From contig OW818687.1 in assembly GCA_942493275.1 (NCBI GenBank), positions 2,369,918 through 2,433,917 on the forward strand: 64,000 nt of DNA, in the 5' to 3' direction. Positions 18,811-27,356 of the stretch are shown piece after piece. Source of the stretch: an uncultured Coriobacteriia bacterium. GTDB lineage: Bacteria; Actinomycetota; Coriobacteriia; Anaerosomatales; PHET01. The notes beneath the pieces were generated by a model. The model was not told the origin of the DNA. It saw only the letters and a list, made by a program, of their open reading frames with translations, and searched no databases. The position numbers and the translations under genes are program-made. Position 1 is the stretch's first letter, and the number at the start of each line of letters is the position of its first letter.

Positions 18811-19413
18811 TCAGTCTTCGGGCCAGCGGACATCCGCTGGACACGCGGTCAGGTCGATCAAACTACCCGCGACGCATAGGCACGCCGCATCGGACGCTCG
18901 CACCAGCCGTCTGTTGGCAATGCCGAGGAGGTCTCGGAAGAGCCGGGCGCTCGCGTACGCGGGAACTATCCCGTCTCCGACCTCGTTGGTCACGACGATG
19001 CAGTCACCCGGTCGGGCGATGATGAAGTCGACGCACCTGTCGAACACGTCGCTTACGCACTCGGCGTACCCGTCCGGCAGTCCCTCAGCCGGCGCGTCGC
19101 CGAGATCGTCGTTGCGATAGCAGAACTCCATGCATAGGCCCAACAAGGTTCCCAGGCAGTCGATGACCATGAGGGAGTCGAGCGGCACACGCTCGGGCCA
19201 ACCACGGGGGTCGAGGACCTCGACGGTTTCGAAGCCCTGCGGCCTCTGGGCCTTGTGACGCGCGATCCTGTCCGCAAACTCCGCGTCAGAAGACGTGCGG
19301 CCAAAGACCACCACAGTGACCGGCGAGCCCTCGGCGGCGCGAGACTGGGCCAGACGCTGTGCGGCGCTGCTCTTACCCGAGCGCGCGCCCCCGGTGAACG
19401 TCACGAGCGCCAC
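18811..19413 (-). CDS. cobU: Bifunctional adenosylcobinamide kinase / adenosylcobinamide-phosphate guanylyltransferase
   Basis: 200 aa. P-loop TGGARSGKSSAAQ and CobU/CobP-length protein at the head of the cobUTSC block. Confidence 0.85.
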   Translation of the reverse strand: MALVTFTGGARSGKSSAAQRLAQSRAAEGSPVTVVVFGRTSSDAEFADRIARHKAQRPQGFETVEVLDPRGWPERVPLDSLMVIDCLGTLLGLCMEFCYRNDDLGDAPAEGLPDGYAECVSDVFDRCVDFIIARPGDCIVVTNEVGDGIVPAYASARLFRDLLGIANRRLVRASDAACLCVAGSLIDLTACPADVRWPED

Positions 19414-20177
19414 TACTCATCACTCCCCACGGTCGCCGCGCGAAGCTCGGCGATCTCCGCGACGGTCAGCAGCCTCCAGGCGCCGGGCTTGAGAGTGCCG
19501 AGCACCACCGGCCCGAAACTCTCACGCTCCAGCTCCAAGACCGGGTGGGAAACCGCCGAGAACATCCGACGCACCTGCCGCTTCCGGCCCTCCTTGATGG
19601 TGATCTCCATCAGAGTCGCCGAGCCTTTGCGTTCAACGGTCCGTACCTCGGCAGGAGCCGTCATGCCGTCGTCCAGAGCGACACCCGTACGCAGCGTCTT
19701 CACGTCGACCACGTCAGGTTTGCCGTCCACGAGAGCAAGGTAGGTCTTGGGAACCTTCCAGCGCGGGTGAAGCAGGCGGTGAGCGAGTTCACCATCAGTG
19801 GTGAACAGCAACAGCCCGGTCGAGTCAAAGTCGAGCCGCCCCACCGGGAAGAGCCCCGGATAGTCGCCCACGGGGACGAGTTCGGCTACCGTCGGCCTAC
19901 CCTGCGGGTCGCTCATGGTGGTCATGACGCCGCGCGGCTTGTTGAGGGCGAGGTAGACGGGCCCGAACGACGCCTCCACCACCTTACCGTCAACCGTGAC
20001 AGTGTCCGTGGCGGGGTCGACCTTCGTGCCGAGTTCACGGGCGACCTCGCCGTTGACGGCGACCCGCCCCGCGGTCATCAGGTCCTCACTCCCCCTGCGG
20101 GAGGCGACGCCAGCTCGCGCGAGATAGCGCTGGAGGCGCATCGGGACCACCCGTTCATTGCCTTCCGAGTGCTCCAC
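19413..20177 (-). CDS. rluB: Pseudouridine synthase, RsuA/RluB family with N-terminal S4 domain
   Basis: 254 aa. S4 segment MRLQRYLARAGVASRR and catalytic GRLDFDSTGLLLFTTDG. Confidence 0.88.
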   Translation of the reverse strand: MEHSEGNERVVPMRLQRYLARAGVASRRGSEDLMTAGRVAVNGEVARELGTKVDPATDTVTVDGKVVEASFGPVYLALNKPRGVMTTMSDPQGRPTVAELVPVGDYPGLFPVGRLDFDSTGLLLFTTDGELAHRLLHPRWKVPKTYLALVDGKPDVVDVKTLRTGVALDDGMTAPAEVRTVERKGSATLMEITIKEGRKRQVRRMFSAVSHPVLELERESFGPVVLGTLKPGAWRLLTVAEIAELRAATVGSDE

Positions 20178-20828
20178 CTAGTCGATCGTCTCCAGCGAGT
20201 CATCGTCCTCGGCGAGGGGCGCCTGCTCCTCGGGCTCCTCGATGAAGTCAGGGTTCTGCTCCCCTCCCGAGAGCCGCTCGCGAATCGCGCGCTCGGTGAT
20301 CGGGTCGGGCGAGAACTCTTCGACGGGCGGAAGCTCACTGAGGTCTTTGAGCCCGAACTTCTCAAGGAAGGTGCGCCCGGTACCGTAGAGGATTGCGTTG
20401 CCCTGGTTGCGATCCCGCCCGACCTCCTTGACGAGGCCCTTCTCAAGCAGAGAGGACACCACGCCCTCCGAGTTCACACCCCGAATGGCGTTGACGCCGC
20501 CGCGCGTGACCGGCTGGTGGTACGCGATGACCGCGAGCGCCTCGAGGGCGGCTTGGGACAGCTTGCGGGTGTCCCAGGACAGCACGTAGTCCTCGATGAC
20601 GTCGTGATAGGCGGGGTGGGTGTACATACGCCAGCCACCGGCCACCTCGCGCAGCTGGAAGCCCCGCTCGCTCTCGCGGTACTCCTCGGCGAGATCGGCG
20701 AGCGCGGCCTCGACGTCGCCGGGCGACGCCTCGACCACGCGCGCGAGCCGCGCTGCAGACACCGGCTCGTCGCTAACGAACAGGAGCGCCTCAAGGGCGC
20801 CTCGGATTCTCGCTTCAGTCATCGGCAC
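20178..20828 (-). CDS. scpB: Segregation and condensation protein B
   Basis: 216 aa, with EALLFVSDEPVS...AGGWRMYT...EALAVIAYHQPVTR typical of ScpB. Confidence 0.9.
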   Translation of the reverse strand: MPMTEARIRGALEALLFVSDEPVSAARLARVVEASPGDVEAALADLAEEYRESERGFQLREVAGGWRMYTHPAYHDVIEDYVLSWDTRKLSQAALEALAVIAYHQPVTRGGVNAIRGVNSEGVVSSLLEKGLVKEVGRDRNQGNAILYGTGRTFLEKFGLKDLSELPPVEEFSPDPITERAIRERLSGGEQNPDFIEEPEEQAPLAEDDDSLETID

Positions 20829-21600
20829 GGTCCTCCTCCAGGATTCCGCGCGCAGCGGCCTCCTCGGCAGTCAGCATTGAAACGGTGATGTCACCGAAGA
20901 TGGCGTCTTGGACGATGTCGGCCAGCCCCCGCTTGTACAGCTCGAGGATCGCGAGGAACGTGACGACCACGAGTTCGGGAGAGGCGTCCTCGCCCACGAG
21001 TTCCGAGAATCGCGTTGTTCCGACGTTCTTGAGCGTGCGCTTGACGCTCTCGACGTGCAGCTCGAGGGATATCGGCATGCTGGCGACGTGCTCGGCCTCG
21101 AGCAAGAAGACCTCGCGCTTGTGCATCAGGTCGGCGAGCATGACCGCGAGGCCCCGCAAGGTGATTCCCTCGAGGTAGTCCGGCATCAGCGTCAGGAAAT
21201 GTGGCTCGAGACCGGCCTGACGCGGATGCATCCGTCCCTCGGACTCCATCCGTGCGTTGAGCTCCGCAGCGGCGTTCTTGAACTGCTTGTACGCCAGCAG
21301 GCGCGCCACGAGGATGTCGCGTGCTTCCTCGGGACTCAGGTCATCGAGTTCATCGCCAACGTAGGCGTCTTGCTTGGGCAACAGCGACGCGGCCTTGATC
21401 TCGAGCAGCGTCGCCGCGAGTAGCAGAAATTCGCTTGCAACGTCCAGGTCGAGATCGGCCATGCGGTCGATATGTGCCAGGTACTGGTCGGCGACCTCGG
21501 AGATCGAGATCGCGCTCACGTCCACCTTCTGGCGCGACACAAGGTGCAGCAACAGGTCGAACGGTCCCTCGAATACGTCTGTTTTGACCGTGTATCCCAC
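20815..21600 (-). CDS. scpA: Segregation and condensation protein A
   Basis: FEGPFDLLLHLV kleisin N-terminus. The long ORF 20815..21924 overlaps trpS. GTG at 21600 (VGYTVKTDVFEGPFDLL) lies 4 nt after the trpS stop. Confidence 0.88.
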   Translation of the reverse strand: MGYTVKTDVFEGPFDLLLHLVSRQKVDVSAISISEVADQYLAHIDRMADLDLDVASEFLLLAATLLEIKAASLLPKQDAYVGDELDDLSPEEARDILVARLLAYKQFKNAAAELNARMESEGRMHPRQAGLEPHFLTLMPDYLEGITLRGLAVMLADLMHKREVFLLEAEHVASMPISLELHVESVKRTLKNVGTTRFSELVGEDASPELVVVTFLAILELYKRGLADIVQDAIFGDITVSMLTAEEAAARGILEEDRADD

Positions 21601-21604
21601 GCGA

Positions 21605-22678
21605 CTACTCGTCGAGGAACGACGGGTGGGACTCGTCCAGCACCGCGTTCGGGTCGCGCTTCTCGATACCGGCGGACAGCTCGGTACGCGGATCGAGGCC
21701 GATGAGCTCGCGGCACGTGGCGACCACCCCGCCAGTGACCGGTCTGGCCTTGGCCGCACCTGCCGCCAACACTTCGGCAGCGTAGCCGGGGGTCGCGGCA
21801 AGCTCGGCACGACGCTCCTGGAACGGGGCCAGGTACGCGACAAGGTCGTCGGCGAGCTTGCGCTTGTGAGCGACGCAGCCACACTCGGCAACGCGGCAGC
21901 AGCGGTCCCACTCGGCAATCTCACCGGCGTCGGCGATCAGCTTGTGCACCTGGTGAAGCGGGCAGATGTCCGGATCGCCCGGATCGGTCTTGAGCTTGCG
22001 CGCCGGATCGGTCATGAAGCTCATGACCTTCTTGCGGACGTCGTCCTCCGGGTCACTGATGAAGATGCTGTTGCCGTAGGACTTCGACATCTTGCGCCCG
22101 TCGGTACCGGGGACTCGCGCGCCCTCGGTCGCGATGATCGCCTTTGGCTCGACGAGGAAATCGCCGTAAGTGTTGTTGAAGCGGCGGACGATCTCACGCG
22201 TCAGTTCGAGGTGCGGAAGCTGGTCCTCGCCCACCGGGACGGCATCCGCGAGAACGATTGCTATGTCGGCCGCCTGGAGCGCCGGGTACAGGAAGAACCC
22301 GACGTTGCCCAGGTCCTTGGTGGTGATCTGTGCGCGCTGCTCCTTGTAGCTGGGAGTGCGCTCAAGCCACGGCATCGGAAGCACCATGCTGAAGAAGAGC
22401 ATCAGCTCCGCGACTTCTGGCACGTCGCTTTGGCGGTAGATGGTGCACTTCTCCGGATCGAGGCCGGCGGCACACCAGTCGAGCACCATCTCCTCGGTGA
22501 ACGCGGCGACGCTCGTGGGGTCCTGCCAGTCGCTCGTGAGCGCGTGGTAGTCCGCGATGAAGTAGTACGCGTCGTAGTCGTGCTGCATCTGCAGCATGTT
22601 CTGCAGGTTTCCGAACCAATGGCCCAGGTGGAGCTTGCCGGTGGGCCGATAGCCGGTGAGCGTGCGCTTCTTGGTCAT
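21605..22678 (-). CDS. trpS: Tryptophan--tRNA ligase
   Basis: 357 aa, class I motifs GKLHLGH (HIGH) and KMSKS. Contains a Cys cluster (C239, C260, C261, C266, C268); see findings. Confidence 0.93.
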   Translation of the reverse strand: MTKKRTLTGYRPTGKLHLGHWFGNLQNMLQMQHDYDAYYFIADYHALTSDWQDPTSVAAFTEEMVLDWCAAGLDPEKCTIYRQSDVPEVAELMLFFSMVLPMPWLERTPSYKEQRAQITTKDLGNVGFFLYPALQAADIAIVLADAVPVGEDQLPHLELTREIVRRFNNTYGDFLVEPKAIIATEGARVPGTDGRKMSKSYGNSIFISDPEDDVRKKVMSFMTDPARKLKTDPGDPDICPLHQVHKLIADAGEIAEWDRCCRVAECGCVAHKRKLADDLVAYLAPFQERRAELAATPGYAAEVLAAGAAKARPVTGGVVATCRELIGLDPRTELSAGIEKRDPNAVLDESHPSFLDE

Positions 22679-22754
22679 GGAACCCCTCAGATACGTCCGT
22701 GTGCGGTGCGGTTCATTCTAACCCAGGGCCACCTCGGGAGCGGCGCCAATCGGC

Positions 22755-23405
22755 CTACAGTCCGAGAAACAGCCTGAGCACCGGCTGAACCGTCAGCGCG
22801 AGGTACCCGCTGAACGCACCCGGGACGATCCACGAGAATCCGATGAGGATGAGGAATCCGTAGCGCTCCAGCGAGTGGTACATGTCGCGGAGACGGTCCG
22901 GCAGGAAGAACTGCAGCACACGCGACCCGTCCAGCGGCGGAATCGGAATCAGGTTGAAGAACGCGAGCACGAGGTTGGCCTGAGCGAAGAACAGCAGCAA
23001 GCCGGCAGCCGTCGCGTTGAAAGCGAAGCCACTCCCGTCCGAGAAGCCCATCGCGACGCGCAGGATGATGCACGACAACGCCGAGAGCGCGATGTTGGTG
23101 AGCGGTCCGGCGATTCCGGTAAGGAGCATGCCAAGGCGCTGATCCTTGAACCGGTACGGATTGATGGGGACCGGCTTGGCCCATCCAAAGAAGTACGACC
23201 CTCCGGAGATGATCAGCATCGCGATCGGCAGAATGACAGTACCGACCGGATCGACGTGAACGAGCGGGTTAAGCGACAGTCGCCCGGCCCTCTTGGCGGT
23301 CGGGTCCCCGAGCAGATACGCGACGTAGCCGTGCGAAACCTCGTGCAGGATGATCGCGGGAAACACGATCGCGAACTGCAGTGCCAGCTCAATGATGGTG
23401 CTCAC
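22755..23405 (-). CDS. Site-2 protease family (M50) membrane metalloprotease
   Basis: 216 aa polytopic protein with an HEVSHGYVA (HExxH) motif and a downstream NLIPIPPLDG. Confidence 0.85.
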   Translation of the reverse strand: MSTIIELALQFAIVFPAIILHEVSHGYVAYLLGDPTAKRAGRLSLNPLVHVDPVGTVILPIAMLIISGGSYFFGWAKPVPINPYRFKDQRLGMLLTGIAGPLTNIALSALSCIILRVAMGFSDGSGFAFNATAAGLLLFFAQANLVLAFFNLIPIPPLDGSRVLQFFLPDRLRDMYHSLERYGFLILIGFSWIVPGAFSGYLALTVQPVLRLFLGL

Positions 23406-26038
23406 GTGTGCTCCCGGTGATTGCCGATGATCCCTGCCTTGTGTGCGAGCCTGCGCAGGTTCGCGAGCTCGGCCTCCCGTCCGACCACCCGGCCATCGAG
23501 CCTGTCGTCACGGGCTCGCGAAAGTATATCCGAGAAGACCTCGGAGGGCTCGGCTCCCAGCTCGAGCAAGTCGCGTCCGGTCACCGCGGGTCGGATGCGC
23601 GACACGACGCGCTCGAAGTGCTCGAGCCGCTCGCGCGCGACCGAGTCACCGCGGGTCCACAGGACGACGCGGGCCTCGACAGGCAGCGCGCTCAGGAGGT
23701 GGTAGAGCCGGCTGTCTCGCATGCCTCGGCCATCCTGAAGGGTCGTCAGAACCGGCTGCCCGCGCTCGGCCAGCGCGAACGACGCGGCGGCAAGCTCCCG
23801 GGAGATGCGGAAATGCCGGATCCACCGCAGACAGCCGGAACTGCTGCCAGAAGTGGCCATCGTCGCGATAAGGGCCGCCTGGCGTCGTGGTTCGCGCGCT
23901 GACAGACCCTCGTAGTAGACGAGCGCTTCCTCGGTGGCCCGCACCGCGTCCACGACGTCCGAGTACGATGAATCGTCCGGCAGCAGGGAGCCCAGCGCAC
24001 CCAGCTCCTCCAGCCGAGCGAGGCACCGCCACGGCTCCGCCTCGTCGAGCATCGCGAGGAGTTCTTGCCGCAGACGGGCCCCGGACACGTCTCCAAGCAG
24101 TTCCATCTCGATGGCCTTGCGCGCGTAGGCCTCGGTCGCCGGCTCCATGTGGAAGCCGTATCGGGTTTCGAACCTTGCGGCCCTGAGCACCCGGGTCGGA
24201 TCCTCGACGAAGGAGAGCCCGTGGAGCACGCGCACAACCCGCTTCTCGAGGTCCCGAAGGCCGCCGAAGGGGTCTGCGATCTCACCAAAGCACCCGGGGG
24301 TCACACACGCGGCCATGGCGTTGATGGTGAAGTCGCGACGGAACAGGTCTTGCCGTAGTGACGAGCGCTCGACGGTGGGAAGAGCACCGGGGCGTGCGTA
24401 GTACTCGGTTCGGCTCGATGCGATGTCGATGTGGAACGAGCGGTCGAACACCAGCACCGCGGTCCCGAATCGCCGGTGCACCGTCACACGTACCCCGAGC
24501 GTCTTCGCGGCATCCTCGGCAAACGCGATGCCGTCGCCTTCGACCACTACGTCGAGGTCGAGGTTCGGCCGTCCGAGCACCATGTCGCGAACGAACCCGC
24601 CCACGACGTGCGCACCTTCTCCCCTCTCGGAAGCCAGAGCGCCGAGCCGCGAGAGCGCGTGGGCGGCAGCGTCGGGCAGCAACGTGGCGACGCCGGCGAC
24701 GAACGCGGTGCGGGCCTCCGGGTGCGCACGGGGCATCCTGCGATCGAGGTAGCTCTCTCCGTGTTCGGCCCGCAAGACGTCCTTCCGGGTAACGATGCCG
24801 ACGAGTCGGCCATGCTCGACGACCGGCACGCGACCGATGCCTCGGGTCGCCAAGAGCCGTTCGAGTCCGACCAGATCGAGTTCCGGCGAGACGGTGACGA
24901 TATCGCGGCCCATGAAACCGGTCACCGGCGCGTGGTCCAGTCCGTGCCGCGCGGCCTTGTCGACATCCTTGCGCGTAACGATCCCTGCCAGTCCGCCGTC
25001 CTCGATGACGGGGAGTCCACCATGCCCCCATCGAGCCATCAGCTCGCCGGCCTCCCGCATCGTCGCGGAGATGCTGACCGTGCGCACGTGTTCGCTCATG
25101 ACGTCGCGTGCGCGAAGAGGAGGATGCACGTGAGCCTCCAGCGCCTCGCGGACCCGCACGAGAGCCTCACCGACCGCCATGTCCCTGAAGCCCGCTGAGG
25201 CGGCCTGAGCGTGGCCCCCACCGCCCAATCGCGCCATGACCGCGCCGACGTCGACCTCTGCGAGCCTCGAGCGGGCGACGATCTGTAGGCGGTCCGGCAT
25301 CCGCACGACCGCGATCGCGACCCGGTATCCCATGTCTTCTACGACGTAGTGGGTCAGAACACTAGCCGAGTCGACGTACTGGTCCGCCTCGGCCCATCCC
25401 ACCGCGACGGGCTGCCCGTTGACGTCCCAGACCTCGAGAGTCGCTTGCAGCTGCGACAGCAGAAGCTGCTGCGCGGGGTCCAGAGTGCGGGCCAGGAACT
25501 GGTTCAGGACCTCCATGTCCGCGCCGGTCGCCATCAGGTAGGCGGCCGCGTCGGCGTCATAGGCCGTGGCACCGGGATAGGTCAGCGACCCCGTGTCTTC
25601 GTGAATGCCGAGAAGGAAGAGGCTCGCCTCAAGTGGTGCGATTGCGATACCTCGCGACTTGAGCTCGTGCACGAGGATCGACGTCGTGGCGCCCACGTCC
25701 ATCGAGCGGTCATCCTCGATCGCAAGGTCGCCTTCTTGGGGCGGGTGATGGTCATACACCACGACCTCGACTCCATCACGACGTACGACCTCGCCGAGCT
25801 CTCCGATCCGATCGGGGTCCCGAGTATCGACGATCACGATGCTGTCTATCGCGTCGAGGTCGAGGCCGCGCAGGTCAACGAAGTCGAGGAAGTCCTCGTG
25901 GAGGTTGTGAAACGCCCTGACGTTGGCGTTCTGGCTCCCGAGGTACACGCCCCTAGCACCAGGGAAGAGCTTGGTCGCAGCGACAGTCGACGCGTATGCG
26001 TCGAAGTCAGGGTTGGCGTGTCCGACGACGACCCTCAT
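23402..26038 (-). CDS. DHH/DHHA1 phosphoesterase - CBS pair - tRNA nucleotidyltransferase (CCA-adding / poly(A) polymerase family) fusion
   Basis: 878 aa from ATG 26038 (MRVVVGHANPDFDAY). DHH motifs are DFDAY, IVDT, YDHH and GIHEDTG, and GGGGH marks DHHA1. Two CBS motifs follow. The nucleotidyltransferase head has GGFVRD, DLDVVV and RRDFTINA. The ORF-track start 26338 overlaps deoA and is rejected. Confidence 0.85.
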   Translation of the reverse strand: MRVVVGHANPDFDAYASTVAATKLFPGARGVYLGSQNANVRAFHNLHEDFLDFVDLRGLDLDAIDSIVIVDTRDPDRIGELGEVVRRDGVEVVVYDHHPPQEGDLAIEDDRSMDVGATTSILVHELKSRGIAIAPLEASLFLLGIHEDTGSLTYPGATAYDADAAAYLMATGADMEVLNQFLARTLDPAQQLLLSQLQATLEVWDVNGQPVAVGWAEADQYVDSASVLTHYVVEDMGYRVAIAVVRMPDRLQIVARSRLAEVDVGAVMARLGGGGHAQAASAGFRDMAVGEALVRVREALEAHVHPPLRARDVMSEHVRTVSISATMREAGELMARWGHGGLPVIEDGGLAGIVTRKDVDKAARHGLDHAPVTGFMGRDIVTVSPELDLVGLERLLATRGIGRVPVVEHGRLVGIVTRKDVLRAEHGESYLDRRMPRAHPEARTAFVAGVATLLPDAAAHALSRLGALASERGEGAHVVGGFVRDMVLGRPNLDLDVVVEGDGIAFAEDAAKTLGVRVTVHRRFGTAVLVFDRSFHIDIASSRTEYYARPGALPTVERSSLRQDLFRRDFTINAMAACVTPGCFGEIADPFGGLRDLEKRVVRVLHGLSFVEDPTRVLRAARFETRYGFHMEPATEAYARKAIEMELLGDVSGARLRQELLAMLDEAEPWRCLARLEELGALGSLLPDDSSYSDVVDAVRATEEALVYYEGLSAREPRRQAALIATMATSGSSSGCLRWIRHFRISRELAAASFALAERGQPVLTTLQDGRGMRDSRLYHLLSALPVEARVVLWTRGDSVARERLEHFERVVSRIRPAVTGRDLLELGAEPSEVFSDILSRARDDRLDGRVVGREAELANLRRLAHKAGIIGNHREHT

Positions 26039-26045
26039 CGAGCGC

Positions 26046-27356
26046 CTACAACTCGTGGAAAAGCGCCGGCGGTTCGACGGACTGCTCGGAGAACGTGACG
26101 GCCGCGCGGAAGCGCTCCTCGGCCGGGCCGAACAGATCGCGGCTTTGGGCATACATCGTGCACAACAGGGTGTCGGGCTCCACCCGCGACCCGACGCGCA
26201 CCGCCATCTGGAGACCCGCGCCGAAGTCGATGACGTCGTCCTTGGTCGCCCTACCGGCACCCAGAAGCATCGCCGAGCGACCGATTCCCTCGGCATCGAA
26301 GGCGGCAACATACCCGGACTCTGCTGCACGCACCTCAAGAACCTCCGGCGACAGGGTCAGCACGGAGGGATCGGCTGCTACCGCCGGATCGCCACCCTGC
26401 GCGATGACCCATTCCCGGAACTTGTCGAGCGCGCGCCCGTCTTCGATGACGGCCTCACACATAGCGCGCCCTGCGTCTTCATCAGCTGCGACCGCTCCCA
26501 TGACAAGCATCTTCGCGCCGAGGGCCAGACACAACTCGGTCAGCTCGGCCGGACCTTCGCCCCTCAGGGTATCGATGGCCTCTCGGACCTCAAGGGAATT
26601 GCCGACAGCCATCCCAAGTGGCTGATCCATATCGCTCATGACGCAGACGACGCTACGGCCCAGCTCGCGACCGACTCGAGTGAGCTCGTCGGCCAGGGCC
26701 CGCGCATCATGCTCGTTCTTCATGAACGCGCCGGAGCCGACCTTGACGTCGAGCAGAATCGCGTCAGCTCCACCCGCGACCTTCTTGCTGATGATCGAGC
26801 CGACGATCAGAGGTATCGAAGGGACGGTGGCTGTCACGTCCCTCAACGCGTAGATCTTCTTGTCTGCGGGATCGACGTCGGGGGACTGCGCGATGACGGC
26901 GATGCCGATATCGCGCACCTGCGCGAGGAACGCATCCGGCGACAGCTCAACGCTGAATCCGCGGATGGACTCGAGCTTGTCGAGCGTGCCCCCCGTGTGT
27001 CCGAGCCCCCGGCCGCTCATCTTCGCGACAGGGACTCCGCACGCTGCAACGAGAGGCGCGAGAACGAGCGTCGTGGTGTCGGCGACACCGCCCGTGGAGT
27101 GCTTGTCGACTTTCACCCCCGGAATCGAAGACAGGTCGACCTCACGACCGGATGCCACCATCGCTGCCGTGAGACTGACGGTCTCGGACTGGCTGAGGCC
27201 GTTGAGGTATGCCGCCATGAGCCACGCGGCCATCTGGTAGTCGGGCATCTCCCCCGAGGTGTAGCCGGCGACGATACGCTCGATCTGAGGCGCCGAATGC
27301 TCCAGGCCGTCGCGCTTCAGCTCGATGAGCTCTTCGAATGTCCAGTCGGACTTCAT
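26046..27356 (-). CDS. deoA: Thymidine / pyrimidine-nucleoside phosphorylase
   Basis: 436 aa, with YQMAAWLMA, VDKHSTGGVADTTTL and SGRGLGHTGGTLDKLE. Confidence 0.92.
   Translation of the reverse strand: MKSDWTFEELIELKRDGLEHSAPQIERIVAGYTSGEMPDYQMAAWLMAAYLNGLSQSETVSLTAAMVASGREVDLSSIPGVKVDKHSTGGVADTTTLVLAPLVAACGVPVAKMSGRGLGHTGGTLDKLESIRGFSVELSPDAFLAQVRDIGIAVIAQSPDVDPADKKIYALRDVTATVPSIPLIVGSIISKKVAGGADAILLDVKVGSGAFMKNEHDARALADELTRVGRELGRSVVCVMSDMDQPLGMAVGNSLEVREAIDTLRGEGPAELTELCLALGAKMLVMGAVAADEDAGRAMCEAVIEDGRALDKFREWVIAQGGDPAVAADPSVLTLSPEVLEVRAAESGYVAAFDAEGIGRSAMLLGAGRATKDDVIDFGAGLQMAVRVGSRVEPDTLLCTMYAQSRDLFGPAEERFRAAVTFSEQSVEPPALFHEL

Noticed and set aside
18797-19500. Cobalamin riboswitch expected upstream of cobU/cobT
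   Set aside because: cobU begins at the last base of rluB, and the cobU-cobT gap is 14 nt, so there is no space. No B12-box-like GCCACTG context was seen in the flanking sequence.
22679-22754. T-box leader upstream of trpS
   Set aside because: The gap is only 76 nt, far shorter than a T-box (about 200 nt or more). No T-box consensus or specifier hairpin was recognisable.
26039-26338. N-terminal extensions offered by the ORF track (start 26338 for the DHH-CBS-CCA gene; likewise 9211 for der, 21924 for scpA, 40031 for nuoH, 38886 for nuoI, 45495 for the response regulator, 52044 for galE, 18844 for cobT, 31068 for the FlgM-like ORF)
   Set aside because: The extensions overlap the 3' ends of the upstream genes and are Arg/Ser/Pro-rich. 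The conserved N-terminal motifs of each family begin at internal ATG/GTG codons located right after the upstream stop codon.
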